Origin: Vicugna vicugna
Taxonomy: Eukaryota
Assembly (NCBI GenBank): GCA_013265495.1
Contig: MU058714.1
Span: 682,001 to 746,000, forward strand
Length of the DNA: 64,000 bases
Reading direction: 5' to 3'
Part shown: one piece after another, positions 23,801 to 35,800 of the stretch
Position numbering within the stretch: the first letter of the stretch is position 1
Layout of the letters: each line of letters starts with the position of its first letter
Notes under the pieces: generated by a model
Seen by the model: the letters and a program-made list of their open reading frames with translations, nothing else
What the model was told of the DNA's origin: nothing
Database searches by the model: none
Translations under genes and position numbers: made by a program

Positions 23801-26800
23801 TCCCGGGTTCGGGTGGATGGCAATGCTGCGGGTGTTCACCTCTGTGGGGTCAGTGCCCGCCTTCCTGGTGGGCGTTTTAAAGGGACGATGGGTGCTGTTT
23901 TCCGCTCCTCCTAAATGACTCCAATGATTTCTCTTAACTTTTTGGGGCAGGATTCTTGAGGAGCCCTTGACACAGGCCTACTTGACTGTGTGCCTGAAAC
24001 TTCATGAAACTACCTGCAGCATTACAAAACACCACACGTTGCATGAAATGCCTGCCTTATCTGCTGAGCTTGTTTGCAGTATCATTAAACTTAAACCTCT
24101 AGTGGTAAGTGGAACGCATATACACGTGGCACCCAGGATGGGTATGGGTCTCGGCATCCTCAGCTCAGAAAGGAGACAGGCTACTTCTAGGACTGCAGGA
24201 GTGACAGAGTGGCAGATTCCGTCCTCGGATATCGCTCAGTGCCTGCTTGATGCCAGGTTTTGTGCTGTGCATCCAGGCTGTTTCAGTGAACCAGGGTCTG
24301 CGTGCCTGCCCCCCCAGGGCTTACGCTGGGGGGAAGGAGGGAGGGAGGAGGCAGTGTAGGGGTCAGAGCACAGCGTGTCAGCTGACTGGGTTAACCTAGG
24401 ACCCCACAGGTAGCAAAGACTCCCCCCCCCCTCCACACCTCCCAGAGGTGACACTCCCCTGGGCAGCACCACCACTGGCCAGTTTTCCCCGTCTTTGAAC
24501 TCTCCTTCATGCCCAGCTTTCCTCTCCTGACATTACGCCCCTGAGATCCATCCATGACATCGTGTGTGTCAACACCGCATTCTTTTCCATGCTGTGTGGT
24601 CGTCACCCACCTGAGTTCGAGTTTCCATGTGAAGGTGATCGAAGGTTTCGTGTTTACACCATTCACCCGCTCACCATTTCACAAGTCCGAACTGTGACAT
24701 CGTGATGCAAAGTAATCAGGTGTTCATTTTAACTTTATTCCTTTTAGTTTTTTCTTCTTTAAAATACTAAGGATACATTTTTAAATAAACACTATTAGTG
24801 AGGTGATTGCTTTTTCCTGAATGGATATTATTTAAACCATCGTAGGGAGGTGCCAACTTCCACCTAAACTGTGCTTAGGAAGTTGGGGAGCCATTTAGGG
24901 TCTATGTTCCTACACAAATCACTATCTTGAGTGTTGGCTGGGGTCTCCCAGCACACCTGGACCCCAGCCCGCCCGTCTCCCTGCTGCCCAGAGCTCCCCG
25001 AACCTTTCAGGGCAGAGCCCCCTCCCCCAGGCTGGGTACCACACTCCTTGTGTGCCTCGAAAACGCCCTGTGCTTTCGCGTCTTGGCACTTGCCGTGGTT
25101 ACCGGTCGTGCTGGCCTGTCTGTCCGCCGTGGACTCTGGGCTCCCACCTGGCAGCCAGCGCTTCTGGCACCCGCCTGGCCACTGCATCTCTAGCCCTGGG
25201 CCGGGCACCTCTGGTGGGAGGCAGTGACCCCTGTTAGATCTGGTTTTGTGGGGGTCGTGACACTTAACGCAGTTTGTGGGGCTCAGTTGAAGCAAAAGAA
25301 AACACACACATGCCAAACTGGGAGGAGGCTCCATCTGAGTGGGGGCGATCCTGGGCAGCACCCACTCCCTGGTGGGGGTGCTTCTGGAGAGGGAGGGAGG
25401 GCGGGAGGCACCCCGGAGCCCTGGACCCCGGGGAAGGGGCTTTTCAGGGAGAAGGAATGGAGGGAGAACGTCCGGGTGTTAACAAGTCCAAACTCACTCT
25501 CCTCGCCACACGACAGGCCAGGGAATCGGGAGACGAGGTGTTGGGGCCAGGAATAGCGACTTTATTTGGAGGGCCGGCAGACCGAGGAGATGGCAGACTC
25601 ATGTCCTGAAGAACCACCTTCCTCAAGTCAGAATTCAGGCTCCTTTTACACCAAAAGGGGGAGGGGGTGTGGGTGTTTGCTGTAATCTTCTTGGTGTCAG
25701 AATGCTTTGTTCTGGCAGCTGTCGGGGCAGGTCAGGTCGTGGTGTCCCTGTAAACTGCCAACAAGACAAACGTTATTTTCTATTCTGCAGCTTTTTATCT
25801 CTGTCTGAATGGGAAAGTGTTAGACCCTTAAAGGTCAGAGCCTTGAGGTCGGGGCCTCCTGTATATTTCAGGCTCTAGGCAACATTCTTTGACAAAAAGG
25901 TGCGAAACTGGCATGACTGAGCCCAGGAAACTGCACAGGGTTAGAGCCAAAGGAACAGACCTCACGTGGAGTCAGATGAGTTCTTTCCTACAAAGGAAAG
26001 GAGGCGCTCATGGGGGCACGTGGCTTTGCCTCCTGGCCCGCCGGCCGGCCATGTCACCAGGGGCGGGCTTTGCACTAGCTCAGTTTCTCGGAGCTGCTGG
26101 CCGCTCTGCGCCCCTGCTGTGTCCTCCTCACCCCATCTGGAGGGGGCCGCGGCTCCTCCTCGGTGGAGGGGCTGCCCGGGGGCGAGGCTGGGTTGCCTCT
26201 GCTGTCGTTGCCGGGGTCGTTTGATGGGGGTGTTCCTGCAGAAGATCCCCCTGCCATGCTGCCCACCCAGAGTGAACCTGAAGCACTCTGGGACATGAAA
26301 GGGTGATGACAGCACAGGGGCCAGACCGGAGGGCCAGCAGGTGCATGCAGCTTCTGCGCTGCCGAGTGGGGCGGGAAGGGGCTGCACAGTCCTCCTGGTC
26401 CACAGTGTGGGCACAGTGAGACCCTCTGCCTCTCTTTCTCTCTCGTGGTGACAGGATTTAGCAGGAGGGCAGGGAGATGAAACTGGAAAGACGCATTCAG
26501 TAAAAACAGTCTTCCAGAAGACCCTCATGGCCACCAGGTCTTGGCTTGGGTGCTGTTTTGTTAAGAGCATGTTCCGAAGTTGGCAGTTCTCCGACCCCTT
26601 TACATACGCCGAGGAGATTAAGGTAAGCCCTGACAAGCAGGGGGTCCGTGGTGGGTCTCGTCTGGACAGTGACTGGCCACTCCCCTAACGGGATCGAGGG
26701 CTCGGGCACCTGGCGGGTGGGCCGTGGTTCCCACGCTGATGGCAGAGCTTGTCGAGACTCGGCGGCGGGCGGGGAGGGGCGTTCAGGTCCCGTCCAGTGC

Positions 26801-29800
26801 TGAGGCTGTGAGTCAGGTTCATGACATAAAAGTGGAGGAACAGGATGAAAACGAGCTGCTTGAAAGGGGGACGGGGCAGAACGGCATCTGCATGTGAGGA
26901 AGCGAGAAGTCAGCCCCTGAAAGGTGGGAGGTAGGGAGGGCTTCCAGAAGCAGAGGCGGAAATGGAGTCGTGTGCCAAGGAGGAGGGAGACGGAAGGCCC
27001 GGGAGACGCCCCGGGTCTGGCACGTGGGGGTGGGTGGAAGCCCAGACAGCCGTGGAGGGGACCCGCTTTGCTCCCACCCCCGCCTTTTTTTCGGTGCCTC
27101 TGTTTTCCTTTTGTGATGGAGAGGTTGTGAAGGTTACAGCCCTCGAGCCTCCAGGGTGTTGGGGACCCCACGAAACCCACTTGAAATGACCTTCATCCTG
27201 GGCGTGAGAGTTGCGAGGGTCCTGGTCACCAGAACGGCGACGCCTGCTTGGGGGACTGGGTTGGTCCCGCCGAGTTACCAACACACCCTGTTTCTGTAAA
27301 GCTTGTTCCCTGAGAAACTAGAGAGGTGATGGCTCCTGAGAAGAGTGCGCATCGGGGACGTGTGTGACTCGCGGCTCTTGTAGGTTCTAGACTCATCACA
27401 GACCCCTCCGTGCCCCCTCCCTCCTGCACCCACCTGGGCGGCAGTACCTAGGGTTCACAGTGACTTTGCAGACTTCCCTCCGCCCCCTAACCAGGCCCAG
27501 GCCTCTACGTCTGTGCCGTTTTCCATCAAGACAGAACCTTTCTGCCCACGTAGCTCCGTCACAGGCTAGGCCAGGATGTGTGCACAGAAAAGGAAGACAG
27601 GAAGTTGCAAATTTCAGCTTCTGACTTTTATTAATTTTTTAAGTCTTTTTTTCTTGTAGGGGGAGGAGGTAATTGAGTTTACTTATTTTTTTTTTAACGG
27701 AGATACTGGGGCTTGAACCCAGGACCTCGCGCATGCTAAGCACACGCTCTACCACTGAGCTACACCCTCCCCCAGCCCCCAAAGATCTTTCTTTATGGAA
27801 GAATGCCAACCAATAAATGTAGAAGAAACAGTGGCAACAGAAAGCCATCAAACACCATATTTTTACAAAAGATAATTACAATTTCCAAAGCAAAAAAAAA
27901 TCAGTGGAAAGCATGGCATTATTTTATGCTTTTGCAAGTCTCTAAAGTTGAGACCAGTCGAAGATGACTGGGTTCTCACATCTGCTTCTGCAGCCAATCT
28001 CTTGCAATATGTTGCTTTGGTTAAAATAGATGAAGGAATTCCAGCCTCACCCAGATGTATAGATGCAAAAGGGAAGTAACATTTAAATAACCTTTTCATG
28101 AATTTTCTTCTTTGATATTCCACTGAAACTCAAAAAGTGGTCGTTTCTCAAAGGCTGACTGTCATGTGGAATCGGTAACCACACCGATCACTTTTTGTGC
28201 TGTTCTAGTCCAATGTATTGCTTTATCTTTAAAAACGAGTGAACAGCATGGGAGGAGGGTACAGCTCGTGGTTCAATCCCCAGCACCTCCTCTAAGGATA
28301 AATAAATAAGTAAGCCTAACTGCCTCCCCCCACCAGAACCACAACCAAAAAACCCGAATAAACAAAACCACATAAGGAAACCGTCGCTCTGCCACACAGA
28401 AGCGATGACGACCAGGTGAGATTCATCCACAAACGCTGAGATCAGTAGGTGAAAAGTGTCTGGGGACAGAGCATCCGCAGATGACATTTTGATACAAGAG
28501 ATGGCACTTTCACAACGGAGGGACCCGGGGAGGCGGGCTCAGCCTCCGGGAGACCTGGCCCTCTGCCCGATGGCCTCCTGTGGGAGTCTCTGAGGGACAG
28601 CGGTGCCCCCGGGAGAGCAGGTGGCCAGGGAAGGTGATGGTGCTCCCCCTTCATGACCTACAAGAAGCACCTTTTCAGTGCGGCTCAACCTCGTAACGTT
28701 CCCGTCCCTCCACATGTAATCTGAATCTCATCCTGGGAGAATTACGAGTCAGATCAGATCAAGAGATAGTCTACAGAAGAGCCAGCCTCAACTCTCCCAA
28801 GTTGCCAACATCCTAAAAGAAAGGAAGACAGGGAATAAAAGAAAAGGCTGGAAAACCCTTCCAGAAAAGAGACACGATTACTCAGTGTGGCGTGTCCCCC
28901 CCGGCTGGCTCCAGGACCCAGTCAGGACACTAGTGAACAACGGAGAAATGTGGACGGGGGCCTCCTGGAGAGAGAGTCATGGCCACGTGGAGTGGCCTGA
29001 GCGGGGCGCCCGCTCCCCACGTGCAGCAGAAGGGCCCTGGTGTGCGGATGCCTGCCCAGGACGCAGGGGCCGGGGTGACAGTGCAGCTTCCTTCCAGCGG
29101 TTCAGCCGAGAAAATGCCTGTTCCTAGCGTGCCTCAGGGGAGCACGGAAGAGAAAGATAACGTGGCCACGTTGAATGTTGACACTGGGGAGCCTCGCTGA
29201 AGGTGTGCGGGCCTGACTGCAGCTTTCTGCTAAGGCTGACCTTTTTCTGCATAAGACGATGGAGGGAAATCCTTCCAGAGTGAAAACCAGTCACACAGCA
29301 GAAGGGACCACAGTGGGTACCTGGTCTGGTCAGGGCCTTTCGTCTTAAAAGGCTAAGGCGGGTGGCCCAGACTCACTATGACACAGCTGAGCATGGACGG
29401 AGACAGGTTAGAACCCCGGTGTCCTCGAAGGCCTCAGCTCTCTGTCTTCCCTTCTTCATAGAATTCCACTGTGGCGTCCACATGTCTGCGTGGCCGTCAC
29501 TTACGTGTGGGTTTTGCAGGTCTGGAGGCGGCTGGTGGAAATCCCCTTCCCCAAGGAGCACGGCTGGAAGGAATCCTTGCTGGGGGACTTGGAAGGGAGG
29601 CTCAAGCAGGTACCAAACGTAGGGGGACATTCTTTTCAGAAGTTGATAAAAAAACAAAACCGTTAGAAAAAACCAACACCGGGAGGAGTGCATTTGAATG
29701 CACTGGCCGTGGGGTTCATGTGACCCTGCACTTCTGATCTGTGCCATTTGACCCTAGATGGTGTAAACATGATACGAGACTGTTAGAGGTAACTATTAAA

Positions 29801-32800
29801 TGCATCTTTTTAGGAAAAGAGAAGCAAGGAGAAAGTCTTTAAAAACAAAATTTACCTGATTTTGCAAGCACATGCTGGATGCTTTTTCTGCAGACTGGGA
29901 ACACTAGCCTTGTTGGTCTGGTGGTTGGGGGCAGGGAGGACAAGCTTAGCGTGGCACGGGGGGAGGTCACAGCCATGGGGAGATGATACAATAGTAGGAA
30001 AGTGAAAATTCGCAGGGTGTTTCCATTCCGTCGGCGCTGAGAGTTCAGCCCCCCAAACTCCTCACCCCCTCATCTTCCCATCTCGCAGGAGAAGCCCCTC
30101 TCCCAGATCCTCGCCTTCTGCAGCAGCAAATGGGATGCCGCAGGCGGCGAAGACAGTGTGTCGAAATGCTTTGAGAAGTGCGTCATCGAAGCCGTGAGCT
30201 CGGTCTGCCAGGTGAATGCCCTCTCCCACTTGGGAACCACGTTTGGGTTCCCGCCGCCTTCTGACAGCATCGGCCAAAGGCTATTAAGCGCCCGCTGGTC
30301 CTGAGACCCTGTGCCAACGCAGAGCATCAGCTCTGGGCATCCCCTTCCCCATCCTGAAATCCGGTGCCCTCTACCCACTTCTTGAGACGCCACTCAGCTT
30401 CCTGCTGCCGCGTGGCTGTTACAATCCCTAAGTCACGGCGGCTCACCCCCGCGCAGGCTGCTCCCAACTGCCCCGTAATGGCTGCTTTGTTTTATTGCTT
30501 GCTAATAGCACTTGCTTAGCATGCGCTTAGCATGCGGTAAAAGACCTCAAAGGTCGGCAAGACATTGATGGTAGGAAAGTGTATGAAGCTGAAAGGATCC
30601 TGTCCGTTCACTTCGGGTTGTCTCTGTGCAGGAGGCAGGACTGCGCCCGGCCCTGCCTCCCAGGAACAAGCTGGCGCTGCGTGCGTGCGCTCTGTAGGGT
30701 TTTCTGTGTGTGAGGGCGTGTCTTACAGGAATAGAGGTGGGTTGCCTTTCACTCCTTCCTTTCCGGTCTGAATGCCTTTTTTATTTTTGTTCTAAATTAT
30801 TATTTATTTTATTTATTTTTGGGGCGGAGGTAATTAGGTTTATTATTTATTTATTTTCAGTGGAGGCACTGGGGATTGAACCCAGGACCTTGTGTGTGCT
30901 AAGCACGTGCTCTGCCGGCGAGCTGTTCCCTCCCTCCGAGTGCCCTTTATGGCGTGTTCTTGCCCGACCGTCCTGGCTAGACCCTCTTGGGTGGTGCTGA
31001 ATGGATGTGGGGGCAGCGGACACCCTTGCCCGTTCCTGGCCCTAGGGGGAGAGCTTTCAGTCCTTCGCCCAGACGGTGGTGTCGGCTGTGGGTTTTCCGT
31101 AGATGCCCTCTGTGGGGTTGAGGGAGTTCCTTACATTCCTGGTTTGTTGAGTGTTTTACCATGAAACAGTGTTACATTTTGTCAAGCACTTTTTCTGCAT
31201 CCATGGAGGTGATCAGGTGACTTTTCCTACTGGCGTGATGTGTGACGTTAACTGGGCTTTTGTGTTGAAGCAGCCGCCCTCCCTGGGGTGAACCCCGCTT
31301 GGCCACGCCGCATGATCCTTTTCATATGTTGCTGGATAAGGCTTTCTTTTATCCTTTGAAAAATCAGGAAGCATCTACTGTAAACGAACCCTAACTCTAA
31401 TTTTTTTTCACTAATTTCTGAAACTTTATAAAAACTTTGAACCTAAAGAAGGGAAACATTTTGTTTCCTGGTGGAGAATCAGAAAGAGAATTAAAATGTG
31501 TTGTTTGTAGGCAGCTTTAAAAGAATTGCAGTGAGGAACACAGAGGATACCAGCAGTGATGGTTCACTTGCGTTTGGTGTTTTTCATAATGTTTAAGTCC
31601 CAAGAAAGTTGTGGAAGCTGGCAGTGAGGCAGAAGGAAGTGGGGGGGGACCTGTGTGTTGCTGTGTGTGTGTGTGTGTGTGTGTTGCTGTGTGTGTCTGC
31701 GCGCCCGCGCTCGTCACCGAGGGAGACAGCACGAAGGAAAACAGAAATACTGTGAGAAACATTAAGCATTTTACGCTCTTGGTGGTTTTGTTTTGTTTTG
31801 TTTTTTGAAGCTTTGTAAAACTAGTTACGAAAGATTTCTGAACTGCTATTGGGTGAGCAGTTTGCTTCTGTTACTCAGAAAAGAACCAACAATAAACAGC
31901 AAGTTTACACTGCAGCACAGGGAGCCACATTCAGTATCTTGCAGTAACTTACAGAGAAGGAGAATGTGACAGCAGATGTCTGTGTGCGCCTGTGTGACTG
32001 AAGCATGTGCTGTGCACCAGAAACTGACACAACACTGTCAACTGACTGTACTTCAATAAAAATATATTTTAAAAAAATGAACCAACAACAAAAAAAAACC
32101 CCTGCATTTCCCTCCCTTCCTTCCTTTCCTTGTAGTCTCAGACCAGTATCCTCGAGAAGATCGCTTATGACGACTGGCGGAAATGTGGCACCCTCGTGTC
32201 TGCCGTGATCACTGAGTCCTGGCCCAGAAACGGAGGGGAGCTTGTAGACAACTTGGATGAAATTTTGACTCACCTGCTCACAGGGCCAGACATCAAGCAT
32301 CTCTTCAGACTGTACGGTATGTTAATGGCGTGTGCCTCCTGACCCGAGGGTGGGGGGCGGGGTCCTGGACCTGAGCGTCGGCCAGGATGGGCCGATGTTT
32401 CACCGAAGGAGCAGCTTGGATGGGAGGGACCCGAGGGGCTTCAGCGTAGCTTGCACTGTCCATGAGAATGCACACCAGAAACCACCGTTTATCGCCTGTC
32501 TGCCTCCCACCGGGGCTGTGCTGCCGCGCCAGCCCTGAAGCTGTCCTCAGAGTCCTCAGATGGGGCAGCTGAGGTGGGGAACGCAACACGACTTACCCAA
32601 GGGCTTGACGGTGCTAAGAACTGAAATCCAAACCCGAGCGTGTCTGGCTCTAGAGCCCTTTCTCTCTTGTTGTTCTGAGATCCATGTGAATGTCTGATCC
32701 AACACTGGTAATTGTAACAAAGACTGATGACTGCCAGATTCTTCTGAACCCGGCCCCCACGGCCCAAGCCTTTGTGATCAGAGCAGGGGGACGTTTATCA

Positions 32801-35800
32801 CCCTAGAAACGTATGTTCAAGTGGATACGTGAGTCGTCAGGTTCAGATCTAGTGGAAAAGCACCGCATTTGGATCTGAAAATCCCAAGTCAGATACTCTG
32901 GGTCTCAGGTTCATCAAATTTCTCGGATAGCCTTAAAACAAGTCCCTTTCATGCCGCGGCTGTAAGGATAAAGTGAGAACATCGATGTGGGAGCCTGTGT
33001 GATGATTCCAAACGACCCACTTGAGGAGATTACATTTGTGTCTTTTAAGTTGAGAGACCGTATGTTTTAGGGCAGGTTTAGGTGGTTAGAAACACTGAGT
33101 GGGAAGTATAGACAGTTCCCATGTTCACGCCTCCCACGCTTGTCTCCTTCTGTTGTTTTCACCTTGGGGTTCACTCTTCGTGGGTTTTGACGAACGTTTC
33201 ATGACGTGCACTCACTATTACAATGTCACACAGAGCAGTTCCATTGCCCCAAGAGGCCCCGTGCCCCTCCTGCCTGTCTGCCCCCATCCTGCAGCTGTGC
33301 CTTTCCTGGGAAGTCATGTGGTTGGAATTGTTCTGCCTGGAGCCTTTTCGGATTGGCTCCTTTCACTTAGGTGCCTCCGCATTGCTCACTCCTTTTCATT
33401 GCTGAGTAATACTCCGCCATGCGGCTGGAGCTCGGCTTGTCTCTGTATTCACCTGCTGAGGGACATCTTGGATGATTCCAAGATTTTACAATTATGAATA
33501 AAGTTGCTCTGTTTGCTTTTACTGGCATGACCCGACTGTATGACCCGACTGTTACTGGGACAGTAACCTTCTGGTGGTTAAACTAAGTATGTTCGAAAAT
33601 TCTGCCTTCTTAATTGATCCTAAATTCACATTCAAAATTTTGCAAGGTAGCCAAGGTGTGTAGAGCATAGCCACCACACTGGTGTTCTTGTCTCCATGTG
33701 CCATGGAGCTGTCTCCTTGAGACCAGGTGGGCAACCCGTGCTCGGGTTCAGTGCACCCCTGGTGCAGTTTACTCTTCTGTTTGAGGGTTCTCAAGATGGA
33801 TTTTAAAGGTGGTTATGTCTAGTTTAAGAAAGATAATCAGTATACTGAACCTGGCGCAGGTTTTAAAATGAGAAATGTTCTCTGGGCTGATTTTGGCCAT
33901 TTGAGGAGTCATCTTCATGAAGAAGGAGGTCCTTTGGGAGATGAATCTGGATAAAACAGATCTCCAGGCAAAGCAGAATCGAGGGACGTGAAAAGCGTGT
34001 GGGGAAACATGGAATGACTTTGCTTTACTATGTGGAAGTTGGGACAGAACAGTGGGGAAGTTACTGGGAATCCAGCAATGTGGCAAGGCAGTGGGGCGCC
34101 CACTGTTTTCACTCTGTTCTTAACCTGATCAGGAACCAACGAGAAAATAATAGCTAATATGACAGAGGAAGCCAAGAAGTTGATGTCCACCGCTGACTCT
34201 GTGTTCACAAAAGTTACCAGTGACCTCATCAGTGGAACGATTTTAGTCGGACAACTGGAGCTGATCATAAAACACACGAATCGGTTCCTCGACATCTGGC
34301 AATTAAGTAAGTATCAGGTCGAGATGTGGGCTCCAGGCTGCCGAGGGCTTAGGAGACAGAAGCGCACGCGCGCGTGCGTGTGTGTGTGTGTGTTTGTAGA
34401 TGGGTGATTTTTATCGTCTTCATGACGAGTGACTCTTCTTGCCTGGAGGTTGATGGGATGGTTTCTGACCCTCAGGAAGTAACGAGCGAGTGGCGAGCTG
34501 CAGACAGCATCAGAGCACTCGCTGTTTCCACCCCATGCTGCCAACACGTGGATGTCCTGGAGTGGCGGGCCCCGCGTCTCCCCGTCTGCGCGGCCCGGCG
34601 CGCGGTCCTACCCGCGGGAGGTGGGAGACGCCACGGAACAGCTGCTTGTTAGTTCTGTTGGGTTCCTTTTCTTTTTCTTCTTCTTTTTATTTTTTTCAGG
34701 CAGTAAATGTCTTTCGGACCAGAAGAAAAACACTATGAAGGAAGTGCTAGGTCTGAGGCAAAAGGAGCTGCTGGCTCTAAGGAAAGAGGAAAGCCATGTC
34801 GACTGCCTCCTGAAGTTGTGTGCGCGTGTGAAAGATCTGATAAGAGGTGATCTTCTCAAGCTTTAAGATAAACAGAACTGAGGGCCCCCAGCTGTGATAG
34901 CGGCGCATTGCAGCAGCGGCTTTTCCGCGGCTGCGGAGGGGAGGCTTTTTTATTGTGTTGACTTTTAACAAAGTTAATACATGTTATCTCTCTTTTTGGG
35001 GGGGGGTAATTATCCCCATGCCTTTAAATAGCACGCTTAAACACCTCCTTGATTTTCCAGGTTTAAGCATTACCCGTTGTGGGAAGTGGGGAGTTAGACC
35101 TTGTCTTTCCAGTCTCTGCCTGACACGCATACCTTCCCAACCTCCCTTTCCTCCCGGTTACATCGGTTACGTCGTACTTTTAATTAGATCAGCCCTCAGG
35201 GTTTCAGTGGTCACGGCTGTGCCGAGGCACCGCCCACAGCCCCGCCAGACGCAGGCCTGGTTCTCTTCCGTTTCCCGTGCAGACTGTCGTTTCTCTAGAA
35301 TTGAAATTCTTGTCTCATCCTTTGCTTTGTTTTCAATGTTCTTATTTTCCATTCAGTCCCATACTCTTTACTGACCGAATTTCCTTGCGAGGCCATGAGT
35401 CTGCTCTGTCAGAAGGAACCTCCACGAGCTGGAGGGATGCAGCCTGGGGCTGCCTGTGCCCCCCTCCTTGGTTGATCTGTTTCCTGGGTGCCCTGGCTTC
35501 CCGTCCTCGCTCCTGCGCTTTAGTGAAACACACCCTGTTCCCTCCTGAGAAAGGGGCACCACTGTTGTTCGGTGTAGATTACAGACCAGAAACCCCTTCC
35601 TCGAGGGTCTGGGTTCCTGGCTCCGCTGTCCCTGCAGGGTCTCTGCTGAGACGTCAGGTGTAACTCCAGTTACTAACCCTGTGTGGATGACACACTTTCT
35701 CTCTCTGGAAGCTCTTGAGATCTTGTCCCCCTTATTCTGAAGTCTTGCGATGATTGGCCCTGGACTAGGTCTGTTTCCCATCGCTGTGTTGGGCGTAACT

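Noticed and set aside
29997..30008. IRF-like GGAAAGTGAAAA, and scattered GAS-like TTCnnnGAA sites (2225, 4729, 7482, 50940)
   Set aside because: A few such short motifs are expected by chance in 64 kb; no clustering or other support from sequence alone.
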